Of a stretch of 64,000 nucleotides of DNA, positions 28,841 through 44,482 are shown one piece after another. The notes under the pieces were generated by a model. It was not told the origin of the DNA, did not search any database, and saw nothing but the letters and a program-made list of their open reading frames with translations. Location: contig VRUH01000007.1 in assembly GCA_019456185.1 (NCBI GenBank), positions 6,829 to 70,828 on the forward strand, in the 5' to 3' direction. The position numbers and the translations under genes are program-made. The first letter of the stretch is position 1. Every line of letters starts with the position of its first letter. The DNA is from Candidatus Glassbacteria bacterium. GTDB taxonomy: Bacteria; Gemmatimonadota; Glassbacteria; GWA2-58-10.

Positions 28841-29419
28841 TCAGGCCACCTCTTCGGCCTTGGCGCCCTTCTGCAACGTTGTGGTGCGGAACGGCATGCC
28901 GAGTTCGCGCAGCAGGGCGAAAGCCTGGTCGTCACGCTCGGAGGAGGTGACTAAAGTAATGTCGATACCGTGGATCCCCTCGATCTTGTCGTAGTCTATC
29001 TCGGTGAAAGTCACCTGCTCCCTGACACCCAGCGTGTAGTTCCCGCGCCCGTCGAAACTCCTGGTCGGCAGACCGCGGAAATCCCGGATACGCGGGATCG
29101 CGATCGAGATCAGACGATCCAGGAACTCCCACATCCTGTTGCGGCGCAGGGTGACCCGGCAGCCGATTTTCATACCCTCGCGGAGCTTGAAATTGGAGAT
29201 CGACTTCTTGGCGGTGGTAATGACCGCGTGCTGGCCGGTAATCTGGCGCAGTTCTTCCTGGGCAGCCTCCAGAGATTTCGGGTTCTGGATCGCATCGCCC
29301 ATGCCGACGTTAAGCACGATCTTCACCAGGCGGGGGATCTGGTTGGCATTGGAGATTTCAAAATCCTCCTTGAGCCTGGGAACCACGGCTTTTTCGTAAT
29401 GTTCTTTAAGCCTTGACAT
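28841..29419 (-). CDS. rplE: 50S ribosomal protein L5
   Basis: MSRLKEHYEKAVVPRLKEDF. Confidence 0.9.
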   Translation of the reverse strand: MSRLKEHYEKAVVPRLKEDFEISNANQIPRLVKIVLNVGMGDAIQNPKSLEAAQEELRQITGQHAVITTAKKSISNFKLREGMKIGCRVTLRRNRMWEFLDRLISIAIPRIRDFRGLPTRSFDGRGNYTLGVREQVTFTEIDYDKIEGIHGIDITLVTSSERDDQAFALLRELGMPFRTTTLQKGAKAEEVA

Positions 29420-29480
29420 TGCTATGCTACCTGTCTACTTGAGTGATTCTGCCGCTTAGGATCACAATCGATTTCAGCGC

Positions 29481-29819
<339 letters not shown>

Positions 29820-29850
29820 ATCACCCTGTCATGTTACCGGGTTTCGTTTA

Positions 29851-30219
29851 TCAGAGCACTTCCGGGGCGAGCGAGATAATTTTCATGAACAGTTTTTCTC
29901 TCAGCTCGCGGGCAACGGGTCCGAAGATACGGGTGGCGCGCGGCTCCTTGCGCTCGTCGATAATCACCGCCGCGTTCTCATCGAACCGGATATAGGACCC
30001 GTCCTTGCGCCTCGTTTCCTTCTTACAGCGAACCACCACGGCCCGCGCCACCTCGCCCTTGCGCATGTTGCTGTTGGGCATGGCGTCCTTGACAGTTACA
30101 ACGATAATATCGCCGACACGGGCGTAGCGGCGGCCCGAACCACCGAGAACCCTGATACAGAGGGCCTTTTTGGCGCCGGAATTATCCGCGATTTTAAGGA
30201 TTGACTCTTGCTGAATCAT
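29851..30219 (-). CDS. rplN: 50S ribosomal protein L14
   Basis: [18 protein letters not shown]. Confidence 0.9.
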   Translation of the reverse strand: MIQQESILKIADNSGAKKALCIRVLGGSGRRYARVGDIIVVTVKDAMPNSNMRKGEVARAVVVRCKKETRRKDGSYIRFDENAAVIIDERKEPRATRIFGPVARELREKLFMKIISLAPEVL

Positions 30220-30255
30220 TTTTCAACCGTCCGTATGCTTAGAAGTTGGCGCAGA

Positions 30256-30522
30256 TCAGGTCCGCTGCTCCTCGCCGACGGAAAGGAGCTCCACCACGCG
30301 CCAGCGTTTCTGCTTGCTCAGCGGCCTGGTTTCGATGATTTTCACCATGCTGCCGACCTTGTACTCGTTATTTTCGTCGTGCGCCTTGAAATTCTTGATG
30401 CGGCGCACCGCTTTGCCGTAGAACGGGTGCTTGAACTGGCGCTCGACCTTGACCACGATGGTTTTGTCCATTTTGTCGCTCACCACTACCCCGATACGGG
30501 TTTTACGGTCATTGCGTTCCAT
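30256..30522 (-). CDS. rpsQ: 30S ribosomal protein S17
   Basis: [22 protein letters not shown]. Confidence 0.9.
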   Translation of the reverse strand: MERNDRKTRIGVVVSDKMDKTIVVKVERQFKHPFYGKAVRRIKNFKAHDENNEYKVGSMVKIIETRPLSKQKRWRVVELLSVGEEQRT

Positions 30523-30593
30523 CTTGACTCCGATTCACAGGTCATTCCTGCTGGTTGCGCTGTCTCATGAAAGCCAGCCTTCGCGCGGCGCGT

Positions 30594-30803
30594 CTACTGC
30601 GCCACGGCCTGGGACTGCCCTTCCATTTCTCTCAAAACTGTCCGGCAACGGGCGATATCCCGTCTCAGGTAACGTAACTGCAACGGGTTCTCGATATTGT
30701 GCACCGCGTTGCGGAAGGAGAGCCGGAAGTACTCTTCTTTCAACTCTCCCAGCTTGCCCCTGATCTCGTCTTCGGTCATGCTCCTGATTTCAAGAGCTTT
30801 CAT
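30594..30803 (-). CDS. rpmC: 50S ribosomal protein L29
   Basis: 69 aa, [24 protein letters not shown]. Confidence 0.85.
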   Translation of the reverse strand: MKALEIRSMTEDEIRGKLGELKEEYFRLSFRNAVHNIENPLQLRYLRRDIARCRTVLREMEGQSQAVAQ

Positions 30804-31227
30804 CTTTACCCTCGCTTAGCGTATGCCTGGTTACCACCTTGCACTTGACCGGCAGCTTGTGGGCGGCCAGCCGGAGGGCCTCCATCGCCAGTTCGTGGCT
30901 CACGCCACCAATCTCGAACATGATTCTGCCGCTTTTGACCACGGCAACCCAGCCCTCGGGAGCGCCCTTACCCTTGCCCATCCGGGTCTCGGCCGGCTTT
31001 TTGGTAATCGGCTTATCCGGAAAAATGCGGATCCACACCTTACCGCCGCGGCGGATATGGCGGGTGAGAGCCACCCGGGCGGACTCGATCTGCCGGTTGG
31101 TGATCCAGGCCGGCTCAAGAGACTGCAGGCCGAACTCACCGAAGGAGACCGTGCTGCCGCGATAGGCCAGACCCCTCATCCTGCCGCGCTGCTGCTTGCG
31201 GTGTTTGACTCTTTTCGGAGAAAGCAT
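30790..31227 (-). CDS. rplP: 50S ribosomal protein L16
   Basis: [19 protein letters not shown]. Confidence 0.9.
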   Translation of the reverse strand: MLSPKRVKHRKQQRGRMRGLAYRGSTVSFGEFGLQSLEPAWITNRQIESARVALTRHIRRGGKVWIRIFPDKPITKKPAETRMGKGKGAPEGWVAVVKSGRIMFEIGGVSHELAMEALRLAAHKLPVKCKVVTRHTLSEGKDESS

Positions 31228-31348
31228 TTCAGTTCACTCCCTTGCCCGCCCCTCCAGTCGCTATCGCGGCGCCTGGTGCGGGTTACCGTTCTCTAGTTAC
31301 AGACTCTTCCCGTTCGCTCAATCCCGCCCCTCAGATGGGAGTGGCGTT

Positions 31349-32005
31349 CTACTCGATCTTGCCGGCCCGTTTCTGCTTGGAACGGATTACCTCGCCCTTG
31401 CAGATCCACACTTTGACACCGATAGTGCCGAAAGTTGTATTAGCCGTCGAGGTGGCGTAGTCGATATCGGCGCGGATCGTGTGCAGCGGAACGCGACCTT
31501 CGTGGTAGCCCTCGCTGCGGGCGATTTCCGCACCGCCCAAGCGACCGCCGGCGATAATCTTCACACCCTGGGCGCCCATGCGCATCGCGCTGGTGACCGC
31601 TTTCTTCATGGCCCGGCGGAAACTCACCCGCTGTTCGAGCTGGAACGCGATCCCGTCGGCAACAAGCTGGCCGTCCAGTTCAGGAGTCTTGATCTCCTCG
31701 ATTTTGATGAAGATTTCGTCCTTGGACAGATGAGCCAGCTCGTCACGCAGCTTGTCCACTTCCTGCCCCTTGCGGCCGATGACCACCCCGGGCCTGGCGG
31801 TGTGGATGATCACGGTCATTTTCTGCGGCGTCCGTTCGATCACCACCAGGCTGATCGCCGCGTGGCTCATCCTGCTGTGGATGTACTTACGGATCAGCTC
31901 GTCTTCCTTGAGCATGGGGCCGAAATTCTTGTCGGTGTACCATACTGAGCGCCACTGCTTGACCACGCCAAGCCTGAAACCGATCGGGTGTGTCTTCTGA
32001 CCCAC
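31349..32005 (-). CDS. rpsC: 30S ribosomal protein S3 (GTG start)
   Basis: [20 protein letters not shown] at 32005 sits 6 nt after GGAGAG. The track's first codon is TTG further upstream. Confidence 0.9.
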   Translation of the reverse strand: MGQKTHPIGFRLGVVKQWRSVWYTDKNFGPMLKEDELIRKYIHSRMSHAAISLVVIERTPQKMTVIIHTARPGVVIGRKGQEVDKLRDELAHLSKDEIFIKIEEIKTPELDGQLVADGIAFQLEQRVSFRRAMKKAVTSAMRMGAQGVKIIAGGRLGGAEIARSEGYHEGRVPLHTIRADIDYATSTANTTFGTIGVKVWICKGEVIRSKQKRAGKIE

Positions 32006-32087
32006 TGCTGACTCTCCTTGCAACTGTATAGAGTCCCGCGGAAAACCCTTCGCCGCTTCCGGCCCTCAGGGCGCGGGACCCATGTGA

Positions 32088-32447
32088 TTACTGCCCTGCT
32101 TCAGGTTCCGGAATATCGAGTTCAACGCTAATGTGGCTCGAGCGTTTGAGGATCGGGGTAGCCCGGCCCATCGCCCGGGGACGCCAACGCTTGTAGGTCG
32201 GTCCCTGGTCGACCCTGATACTGTGCACTGTAATCTCGTTCGTATCCAGATCGAAACTGCCCAGTTGATTGACCGCGTTGCTGTAGGCCGACTGGACCAG
32301 CTTGCGAACCGGCTCGGCGGCGGCTTTCCTGGTGAAACGCAGGATATTGAACGCTTCCTCCAGGTCCTTGCCCCGGATAAGGTCGATCACCAGTTTTACC
32401 TTGCGCGAACTGATACGCACGAACCTTGCTTTAGCTGTCGCAATCAT
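32088..32447 (-). CDS. rplV: 50S ribosomal protein L22
   Basis: MIATAKARFVRISSRKVKLVIDLIRGK. Adjusted ATG at 32447. Confidence 0.85.
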   Translation of the reverse strand: MIATAKARFVRISSRKVKLVIDLIRGKDLEEAFNILRFTRKAAAEPVRKLVQSAYSNAVNQLGSFDLDTNEITVHSIRVDQGPTYKRWRPRAMGRATPILKRSSHISVELDIPEPEAGQ

Positions 32448-32535
32448 TTTGCCGTTCTCTGTCTTGTTGGTTAAGCTCTCAACACCCATCATCGGATACA
32501 GTCCCCGCAGGGACAGCCGCCCGCTGACGGCAATG

Positions 32536-32823
32536 CTACCTCTTCTTGGCCGTGCGCTCTGCGAGCTTACCGCCGTGGCCGCGGAAGAACCGGGTGGGCG
32601 AAAACTCGCCCAGCTTGTGCCCCACCATGTTCTCGGTCACATAGACCGGGATGAACTTGTTGCCGTTGTGCACGGCCAGCGTGTGGCCGACAAACTCCGG
32701 GCTGATAGTGGAACGGCGCGACCAGGTTTTGATAACCTTCTTTTCCCCGGCCTCGTTCATCCGATCGACCTTCCGCTGCAGCGAAGGCTCGATATAGGGT
32801 CCTTTTTTCAGCGATCTCGTCAT
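32536..32823 (-). CDS. rpsS: 30S ribosomal protein S19
   Basis: [18 protein letters not shown] at 32823. The track's start codon is an upstream TTG. Confidence 0.9.
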   Translation of the reverse strand: MTRSLKKGPYIEPSLQRKVDRMNEAGEKKVIKTWSRRSTISPEFVGHTLAVHNGNKFIPVYVTENMVGHKLGEFSPTRFFRGHGGKLAERTAKKR

Positions 32824-32846
32824 AAATGCCAATTACCGGTTAAGTT

Positions 32847-33680
32847 TTACTTTCTCTTCGTCCTGCGCCTGACAATCAACCTGTTGCTGGCCTTGTTGCG
32901 ACGGCGGGTGTTGTTACCCTTGGTCGCCTTGCCCCAGGGCGTGCAGGGGTGGCGTCCGCCGCTGGTGCGGCCCTCGCCGCCGCCCATCGGGTGGTCCACA
33001 GGGTTCATCGCCACGCCGCGGACATGGGGCCTGCGACCCAGCCAGCGCCTGGCGCCGGCCTTGCCATAGTTGATACCCATGTGCTCCTGGTTGCCGATTT
33101 CGCCGATCGTGCCCATGCACTCGCGGGGAACCAGCCTGACCTCGCCCGATGGCATCTTGCAGTGGACATAGCGGCCCTCCTTGGCCACGACCTGGATTCC
33201 TGCTCCGGCACTGCGGGCAACCTGCCCGCCCTTGCCGGGCTTGAGCTCCACGTTGTGCACTATCGTGCCCATGGGAATCTCGCTGAGCGGCAGGGCGTTG
33301 CCGTTATTGATATCGCTGCCCGGCCCGGCCTCGATAATGTCGCCCACCCGCAATCCCTTGCAATGTAGGATATAGCGTTTCTCTCCATCTGCGTACTTGA
33401 CCAGGCAGATGAACGGGGTGCGGTTGGGATCGTATTCGATCGACGCCACCCGGCCCTTGACGCCGTGCTTGTTCCGCTTGAAATCGATCACGCGGTAACG
33501 GCGCTTGGCGCCGCCGCCACGAAAGCGGACAGTGATGTGCCCGTCGTTGTTGCGTCCGCCCGTCTTTTTCATCGGGGCCAGCAGCGACTTCTCCGGCTTG
33601 TCGGTGGTCAGCAGGTCGTAGGCGTTAATCGAACGGAACCTGCTGGCACTCGTTATCGGTTTCAGTTTCTTCAGAGCCAT
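32847..33680 (-). CDS. rplB: 50S ribosomal protein L2
   Basis: 277 aa with [16 protein letters not shown]. Confidence 0.95.
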   Translation of the reverse strand: MALKKLKPITSASRFRSINAYDLLTTDKPEKSLLAPMKKTGGRNNDGHITVRFRGGGAKRRYRVIDFKRNKHGVKGRVASIEYDPNRTPFICLVKYADGEKRYILHCKGLRVGDIIEAGPGSDINNGNALPLSEIPMGTIVHNVELKPGKGGQVARSAGAGIQVVAKEGRYVHCKMPSGEVRLVPRECMGTIGEIGNQEHMGINYGKAGARRWLGRRPHVRGVAMNPVDHPMGGGEGRTSGGRHPCTPWGKATKGNNTRRRNKASNRLIVRRRTKRK

Positions 33681-33702
33681 TTGCTCGTTACCCGGCTATG
33701 GA

Positions 33703-33993
33703 TTAAACACCTTCAAACAATTCGATATGGTCGTCGGCGGCAAGCGAGACGAACGCTTTTTTCCACGATGACCTGCGGCCCTGACTGCGTCCCTGCTTCT
33801 TGAGCTTGCCCAGGCGGTTCTGCAGCCTGACCTTGGTAACCCTCACGCCGAACAGTTCCTCGACAGCCGCCTTGACGTCGTGCTTGGAAGCGGCCACATC
33901 GACCTCGAAACAGTACTGGTTCTCGGTCTCGCGCAGCAGGTCACTTTTTTCAGTCAGCAGCGGCCGTTTTATGATCTGATGCTGATCCTTCAT
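33703..33993 (-). CDS. rplW: 50S ribosomal protein L23
   Basis: [14 protein letters not shown] at 33993. Overlaps the rplD 3' end by about 44 nt. Confidence 0.85.
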   Translation of the reverse strand: MKDQHQIIKRPLLTEKSDLLRETENQYCFEVDVAASKHDVKAAVEELFGVRVTKVRLQNRLGKLKKQGRSQGRRSSWKKAFVSLAADDHIELFEGV

Positions 33994-34618
33994 TGCCAAC
34001 TCGCTTCAGTTTTTTGATTACGCTTTTTTCGATTACCAGCTTGTCGGCCAGCAACACATCGTAAGCGTTGCAATCGGTGAAGTTCTTCATCGCCACCCGG
34101 GCGATATTGCGCATCGATTTCCAGGCCATCTGCCTGCCGCCGTCCACCATCACCAGCACCTTGCCCTCGCCGGCGCCGATGCAGTCAAGCAGGGCGGCCG
34201 CGCGGGAAGTTTTCGGCTCGTCGAAAGTCAGGTCCTCGACCACCACAACCGCCCCGTCCTCGGCGGCCTTGGCGCTCAGCGCGCTGGCCAGGGCCTTGCG
34301 GCGCACCTTGCGCGGCACCCGGACATCGTAGTCTTTGGCCAGCGGCCCGAAAGTGGTGCCGCCCCCGCGCCAGATCGGACTGCGGCGCGTTCCCGCGCGC
34401 GCCCGGCCGGTACCCTTCTGCCGCCAGGGCTTGCTAGTGGAGTAATTGACCTCGCTGCGCGTTTTCGTATTGGCGTCGCCCTGGCGCTTGTTGGTCAGGG
34501 TGGCGTTGACCGAATAGTAGACAGCGGCCTCGCTCGGATCGGTACCGAAATAGCTGTCCGGCAGACCGATCCGGCCGGCCTTTTCTCCGTTTTCCTTCAA
34601 CACCGCTACTCGTTTCAT
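33950..34618 (-). CDS. rplD: 50S ribosomal protein L4
   Basis: 222 aa with [14 protein letters not shown]. Confidence 0.9.
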   Translation of the reverse strand: MKRVAVLKENGEKAGRIGLPDSYFGTDPSEAAVYYSVNATLTNKRQGDANTKTRSEVNYSTSKPWRQKGTGRARAGTRRSPIWRGGGTTFGPLAKDYDVRVPRKVRRKALASALSAKAAEDGAVVVVEDLTFDEPKTSRAAALLDCIGAGEGKVLVMVDGGRQMAWKSMRNIARVAMKNFTDCNAYDVLLADKLVIEKSVIKKLKRVGNEGSASDHKTAAAD

Positions 34619-34673
34619 CAGTATCCTCAGAAACTTGAACCGTCTCGAACGGTCCCGATTTAAGCAAGCAATC

Positions 34674-35297
34674 TTATTTCTTCTTGAAAACAGTCACCAG
34701 GCCGCTGGCCGGACCCGGCACCGCACCCCTGACAAACAGGCGGTTGCCCTCGGTGTCGACCTTGGCCACTACCAGGTTACGGACTTTCTGGTTCGCGTTG
34801 CCGTACTGGCCGGGCATCTTCTTGTTCTTCCAGACCCGCGCGGGATCAGCAGATGCTCCGATCGAGCCGGGTACGCGATGGGCGGTGTTGCCGTGAGTGG
34901 CATCGCCGCCGCTGAAGCCGTAGCGCTTGATAACGCCCTGGAAACCGCGTCCCTTGGTCACGCCGCTGACATCCACGCCCTCGCCGGCCTCGAACATCCC
35001 GACATTCAATTCCTGGCCGAGCTCGCAAGAGGCCGCGTCCTCGATCCGGAACTCGCCCAGGGATTCGGGATAGTAGTCCGCGGCGGCTTTCGCCAGATGG
35101 CCCTGCTCCGGTTTGGTGATATTCTTGGGCTTGCGCTCGCCGAATCCCACCTGCACCGCGTTGTAGCCGTCCTTCTCAGCGGTCTTGATCTGGGTGACAC
35201 GGCACGGACCGGCCTGGATCACAGTCACCGGGACCATCATACCGTCGTCATCGAAAATCCTGGTCATTCCGACCTTTTTACCGATCAGTCCAAGCAT
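34674..35297 (-). CDS. rplC: 50S ribosomal protein L3
   Basis: [19 protein letters not shown]. Confidence 0.9.
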   Translation of the reverse strand: MLGLIGKKVGMTRIFDDDGMMVPVTVIQAGPCRVTQIKTAEKDGYNAVQVGFGERKPKNITKPEQGHLAKAAADYYPESLGEFRIEDAASCELGQELNVGMFEAGEGVDVSGVTKGRGFQGVIKRYGFSGGDATHGNTAHRVPGSIGASADPARVWKNKKMPGQYGNANQKVRNLVVAKVDTEGNRLFVRGAVPGPASGLVTVFKKK

Positions 35298-35383
35298 TAC
35301 TACCTCATTAAGGCCCTTGTTAAACCGACTCAGCCGGTCAAGCGCAATTCGTCACGGCACGACAGGCAACGTCCGGGGCGGTA

Positions 35384-35692
35384 TCAGGTCTTGATCTCGA
35401 TATCGACCCCGGCCGGCAGATCGAGCTTGGTAAGCGCATCGATAGTCTGCGGCTTACTGTTGTAGATCTCGATCAGGCGTTTGTGCGTGCGGATCTCGAA
35501 CTGCTCGCGGCTTTTTTTGTCAATGTTCGGCGAACGGTTGACCGTAAACACGCTGCGGCGCGTGGGCAGCGGGATCGGGCCCACCACCTCGGCGCCGGAC
35601 TCGACCGCGGTCCTGAAAATATCCTCGGTCGAGCGGTCAATCAACGCGTGGTCAAACGATTTAAGCCGGATGCGAATCTTCTGTCCCTGCAC
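35384..35692 (-). CDS. rpsJ: 30S ribosomal protein S10
   Basis: [19 protein letters not shown]. Confidence 0.9.
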   Translation of the reverse strand: MQGQKIRIRLKSFDHALIDRSTEDIFRTAVESGAEVVGPIPLPTRRSVFTVNRSPNIDKKSREQFEIRTHKRLIEIYNSKPQTIDALTKLDLPAGVDIEIKT

Positions 35693-35719
35693 TTGTTCCT
35701 CTTTATCTGCAAAAAGTAA

Positions 35720-36913
35720 CTACTCGATAATCTCGGTAACGACACCGGCGCCCACCGTGCGGCCGCCCTCGCGGATAGCAAAGCGCAGCTCCTTCTCCAT
35801 CGCTATCGAGGTGATTAACTCCACGGTCAGCTCCACGCTGTCGCCCGGCATCACCATCTCCACGCCCGAGGGCAAACTCGCCGAGCCAGTCACATCGGTC
35901 GTGCGAAAGTAAAACTGCGGACGGTAACCCTCGAAAAACGGCGTGTGGCGGCCGCCCTCTTCCTTCTTCAGCACGTACACCGTTCCCTTGAACTTCGTGT
36001 GCGGCGTGATCGAGCCCGGCTTGGCGATCACCTGGCCCCGCTCCAGCTCTCGCTTGTCTACTCCGCGAAGAAGCAATCCCACATTATCTCCCGCCTGTCC
36101 GTCATCAAGCAGCTTGCGGAACATCTCCACACCCGTCACCACGCTCTTGCGGCTGTGGCCCATCCCCAGTATCTCCACTTCCTCGCCGACCTTGATCTTC
36201 CCCCGCTCGATTCGTCCGGTGCCTACCGTGCCACGGCCCGTGATCGAAAACACGTCCTCCACCGGCAGCAAAAACGGCTTGTCCGTCTCACGTACCGGCT
36301 CCGGGATGTAGTTGTCGATCGCATCCATCAGCTCGTCGATACACTTCGTATCTTCCGCGCCAGGCTCGCCGCTCTCCAGCGCCTTCAATGCACTGCCCTT
36401 GATCACCGGAATATCATCGCCCGGAAACTCGTAGCTGCTCAAAAGCTCCCGTACCTCAAGCTCCACCAACTCCAACAGCTCCGGATCGTCCACCTGGTCA
36501 ACCTTGTTCAAAAACACCACGATATACGGCACGTTAACCTGGCGGGCCAGCAATACGTGCTCCCGCGTCTGGGGCATCGGACCATCGGCCGCGCTCACCA
36601 CCAAAATCGCCCCGTCCATCTGGGCCGCGCCCGTGATCATGTTCTTCACGTAGTCGGCGTGTCCCGGACAGTCAACGTGTGCGTAATGCCGGTTCTCCGT
36701 CTCGTACTCCACGTGTGCCGTGGCGATCGTGATCCCCCGCTCCCGCTCCTCCGGTGCCTTGTCGATCGCGTCAAACGGGACATAGTCGGCCAGACCCCGC
36801 TTCGAAAGTACCTCCGTGATCGCCGCGGTCAACGTCGTCTTGCCGTGGTCTACGTGGCCGATCGTGCCCACGTTTACATGCGGCTTCGTCCGCTCAAACT
36901 TCTTCTTTGCCAT
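35720..36913 (-). CDS. tuf: Elongation factor Tu, copy 1 (tufA position, downstream of fusA)
   Basis: [32 protein letters not shown]. Nucleotide-identical to 52374..53567. Confidence 0.95.
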   Translation of the reverse strand: MAKKKFERTKPHVNVGTIGHVDHGKTTLTAAITEVLSKRGLADYVPFDAIDKAPEERERGITIATAHVEYETENRHYAHVDCPGHADYVKNMITGAAQMDGAILVVSAADGPMPQTREHVLLARQVNVPYIVVFLNKVDQVDDPELLELVELEVRELLSSYEFPGDDIPVIKGSALKALESGEPGAEDTKCIDELMDAIDNYIPEPVRETDKPFLLPVEDVFSITGRGTVGTGRIERGKIKVGEEVEILGMGHSRKSVVTGVEMFRKLLDDGQAGDNVGLLLRGVDKRELERGQVIAKPGSITPHTKFKGTVYVLKKEEGGRHTPFFEGYRPQFYFRTTDVTGSASLPSGVEMVMPGDSVELTVELITSIAMEKELRFAIREGGRTVGAGVVTEIIE

Positions 36914-36985
36914 TTTGGCATCTCCTTGCGTTTTTTTATTCCTACAGTTTCTTTCGTCGCTCTATCCGGCAGTCTTACGGCTCGG

Positions 36986-39067
36986 TCAGCCGACCAGAAT
37001 CGCCTCGGCCTTTTCCCTGCTGACTTCCTCGTAGTTGGAAAACTGCATGGAAAACACCGCCCGGCCCTGAGTAAGCGAGCGCAGACTGGTGGCATAACCA
37101 AACATGTTTCTCAGCGGGACCGTGGCGTTGACAACCTGAGCCTCTTTTTTCTGGCTCATGCCGCGGACCTTGGCCGCGCGGCTGGCGAGATCGCCCATCA
37201 CGTCGCCCAGATACTCGGACGGGACGGTGATCTCGACATCGAACACCGGCTCGAGCAGTCTCACTCCGGCCTTGCGGACAGCGTCCTTGACCGCCATGGA
37301 GCCGGCGATCTTGAACGTCATCTCGCTGGAGTCGACCTCGTGGTGGGAACCGTCGATCAGCCTGGCCTGGATGTCGACCAGCGGGTAACCCGCATCGCCG
37401 CCGCTGACCAACGCCTCGCGCACTCCCTGCTCCACCGACGCAATATACTCGCGGGGAACCGAGCCGCCGACAACCTTGTTCTCGAAATGGAAACCCTTGC
37501 CGCGCTCCAGGGGCTCGAACTCCATTTTTACATGGGCGAACTGGCCGCGACCGCCGGTCTGGCGGACAAACTTGACTACGATCTTCACCGGCCTGGCCAG
37601 GGCCTCGCGGTAGGCCACCTGGGGCTCGCCCACGTTGGCCTCCACTTTAAACTCGCGCAGCATGCGGTCGACCAGGATTTCGAGATGCAACTCGCCCATG
37701 CCGGAAATCAGGGTCTGGCCCGTGTCCTCGTCGATCCGCACCTGGAAAGTCGGGTCTTCCTCGGAGAGCTTCTCCAGTGCCGCGTCCAGCTTGTCCTGAT
37801 CGGCCTTGGTCTTGGGCTCGATAGCCACCGAGATCACGGGCTCGGGGAACACCATCCGCTCCAGGATAATCGGGTGGCCCTGCTCGCAGAGCGTATCGCC
37901 GGTGCGCGCCTGTTTGAGTCCCACCACGGCGGCGATATCACCGCAATAGAGGTGGTTGCGCTCTTCGCGTTTGTTGGCGTGCATCTGCAGGATACGGCTG
38001 ATCCGCTCCTTGCGGCCCTGCGTACTGTTACTGATATGCGTTCCGGCTTTGAGCACGCCGCTGTAAGCGCGCACGAAAGTCAGCCTGCCCACATAGGGGT
38101 CGGTCATGATCTTGAAGGCCAGCCCGGCGAACGGCTCGTCGTCGGCCGGCTTGCGCTCCACCAGTTCCTCTTCCTGCTGGGGAAGGTGTCCCACCACCGG
38201 CGGCACGTCAATCGGCGAGGGCAGGTAATCGGTGATAGAGTCGAGCAGCTTCTGCACGCCCTTGTTCTTGAACGCGCTGCCGCAGAGGACGGGGATTACA
38301 TCGACAGCGCAGGTAGCCTTGCGGATCGCCCGCTTGAGCAACTCTTCGTCTTCGGCATCGACACGTTCGTCCTCGAGATATTTGTGCATCAGATCGTCAT
38401 CGAAATCGGAGAGCGCTTCAAGCAGGTCGTAACGGTACTTTTTGGAGGTCTCCAGCAGGTCTTTAGGGATTTCGACTTCCTCGTAAACCGCGCCCAGGCT
38501 GCTATCCTGCCAGACAATGCCTTTCATGCGGACCAGGTCGACCAGGCCGGTGAACAACTCCTCGGTGCCGAACGGGATCTGCAGTATCAGCGGCCTGGCG
38601 CCGAGACGCTCCTTCATCATTTCCACGGCATGAAAAAAATCGGCGCCCGCGCGGTCCATTTTATTGACAAACGCGATCCGGGGCACCTGGTAACGGTCGG
38701 CCTGACGCCAGACCGCCTCGCTTTGCGGCTCCACGCCGCCGACAGCGCAGAACACCACCACCGCGCCATCGAGCACCCGCAGGCTGCGCTCCACCTCGAC
38801 CGTGAAATCGACATGGCCGGGGGTATCGATAATATTGATCCGGTGATCGTCCCAGAAGCAGGTAGTGGCTGCGCTGGTGATAGTAATCCCGCGCTCTTTC
38901 TCCTGCTCCATCCAGTCCATGGTGGCCGCACCCTCATGGACCTCGCCCATGCGGTGCAGCCTGCCGGTATAGAACAGGATGCGCTCGGTTATGGTAGTCT
39001 TACCGGCATCGATATGCGCCAAGATGCCGATATTCCTGATCCTGTCAAGCGGTATTCTTCTGGACAT
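36986..39067 (-). CDS. fusA: Elongation factor G
   Basis: [28 protein letters not shown] at 39067 sits 5 nt after AAGGA. The track ORF is N-extended. Confidence 0.95.
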   Translation of the reverse strand: MSRRIPLDRIRNIGILAHIDAGKTTITERILFYTGRLHRMGEVHEGAATMDWMEQEKERGITITSAATTCFWDDHRINIIDTPGHVDFTVEVERSLRVLDGAVVVFCAVGGVEPQSEAVWRQADRYQVPRIAFVNKMDRAGADFFHAVEMMKERLGARPLILQIPFGTEELFTGLVDLVRMKGIVWQDSSLGAVYEEVEIPKDLLETSKKYRYDLLEALSDFDDDLMHKYLEDERVDAEDEELLKRAIRKATCAVDVIPVLCGSAFKNKGVQKLLDSITDYLPSPIDVPPVVGHLPQQEEELVERKPADDEPFAGLAFKIMTDPYVGRLTFVRAYSGVLKAGTHISNSTQGRKERISRILQMHANKREERNHLYCGDIAAVVGLKQARTGDTLCEQGHPIILERMVFPEPVISVAIEPKTKADQDKLDAALEKLSEEDPTFQVRIDEDTGQTLISGMGELHLEILVDRMLREFKVEANVGEPQVAYREALARPVKIVVKFVRQTGGRGQFAHVKMEFEPLERGKGFHFENKVVGGSVPREYIASVEQGVREALVSGGDAGYPLVDIQARLIDGSHHEVDSSEMTFKIAGSMAVKDAVRKAGVRLLEPVFDVEITVPSEYLGDVMGDLASRAAKVRGMSQKKEAQVVNATVPLRNMFGYATSLRSLTQGRAVFSMQFSNYEEVSREKAEAILVG

Positions 39068-39244
39068 TTTCCTTAACTTCGTCCTTTCAACTATCCAACT
39101 TCGCCCTAACTGCGACAATTGGCATAAAACGCCGCCCCACGAATACTCAAAAGGGCGGCGAAAAAAGACGTCAGTAAGAAGACCCGCTTCGTCACGCTGA
39201 GACCCATGCCCGCCAGGCAGGCTCCGAGTGTACGAGAGCGGGAA

Positions 39245-39715
39245 TTACCACCGGTAATGGGCGAACGCCCGGTTGGCCTCGGCCATCCGGTGGGTATCTT
39301 CCTTTTTCTTGACTGTACTTCCTTCGTTGCGATAAGCCGCTGTCAATTCCGCGGCCAGCCTTTCATACATTGTCTTTTCGCTGCGGGCTCTGGCGAAGCC
39401 GATCAGCCAGCGGAGCGCCAGCGCCGTGCGTCTGTCCGGCCTGACCTCGACCGGCACCTGGTAGGTGGCGCCACCCACGCGACGACTTTTGACCTCCAGG
39501 GCAGGCTTGGTGTTATTGACCGCCTGCTTGAACACGTTCAGTCCCGGCTGTCCGGTTTTTTCCTCCACCAGCGCCAGGCTGCGGTAGAAAATGTTCTCTG
39601 CCGTGCTTCTCTTGCCGTCAAGCATCATGCAGTTGATAAACTTGGTGACAAGCGTGCTCTGGAACCTGGGGTCCGGCTGAATCTCTCTTTTTTCCGCTAC
39701 TTTTCTTCTCGACAT
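39245..39715 (-). CDS. rpsG: 30S ribosomal protein S7
   Basis: [18 protein letters not shown]. Confidence 0.9.
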   Translation of the reverse strand: MSRRKVAEKREIQPDPRFQSTLVTKFINCMMLDGKRSTAENIFYRSLALVEEKTGQPGLNVFKQAVNNTKPALEVKSRRVGGATYQVPVEVRPDRRTALALRWLIGFARARSEKTMYERLAAELTAAYRNEGSTVKKKEDTHRMAEANRAFAHYRW

Positions 39716-39738
39716 CTAGCTAGTCCGCTCGCTAATCA

Positions 39739-40110
39739 TTATTTTGGTTTTTTGGTGCCGTACTTGCTCCGGCCCTTTCTACGATCATCGACACCGCTGG
39801 CGTCCAGCGTGCCGCGGATGATATGGTAACGCACACCGGGCAAATCCTTGACTCGCCCGCCCCGGATCAAAACGATCGAGTGCTCCTGCAGGTTATGCCC
39901 CTCGCCGGGGATATAGGAAGTCACCTCGAAGCCGTTGGTCAAGCGCACGCGGGCCACCTTGCGCAGAGCCGAGTTCGGCTTCTTGGGCGTAGTGGTGTAG
40001 ACCCTGGTGCAAACCCCCCTGCGCTGCGGGCAGCCGGCAAGCGCCGGTGCATTGGTCTTGCTCTTGATTTTTTTCCTGCCCTTGCGGACCAACTGATTGA
40101 TACTCGGCAA
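39739..40110 (-). CDS. rpsL: 30S ribosomal protein S12 (apparent TTG start)
   Basis: [13 protein letters not shown]. The first codon is TTG, 4 nt after GGAGG. There is no in-frame ATG upstream. Confidence 0.9.
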   Translation of the reverse strand: MPSINQLVRKGRKKIKSKTNAPALAGCPQRRGVCTRVYTTTPKKPNSALRKVARVRLTNGFEVTSYIPGEGHNLQEHSIVLIRGGRVKDLPGVRYHIIRGTLDASGVDDRRKGRSKYGTKKPK

Positions 40111-40139
40111 AAAACCTCCGTAAAAGTAAAGAGTCTTTA

Positions 40140-40168
40140 AAAATAGTCAGTTAATTCTCATTTGTCAA
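40140..40168 (-). promoter_or_regulatory. Sigma70-like promoter of the str operon (TTGACA, 17 nt, TATTTT)
   Basis: Minus-strand TTGACA at 40168..40163, a 17-nt spacer, and TATTTT at 40145..40140. It sits in an AT-rich spacer about 30 nt upstream of rpsL. Confidence 0.5.
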
Positions 40169-40300
40169 CCTTAAACAACTCATTTTAACCCTTATCGGAA
40201 GCCGCTTTCCACCGCCGGGGGTGCGTCCTGCCGGGGGCCTCAAATTCAGGTCACCGGCGCGCGAAAATAACGCTTTATTACGCCGCTGCAACGCAACCGG

Positions 40301-44407
<4,107 letters not shown>

Positions 44408-44482
44408 CCTCTTGAGGGTAAAATTGAAAGTTTCTCAAATTATTCCAGTTAACAAGCTGCGGCCTCAGGGGCCCGGGAGTCC

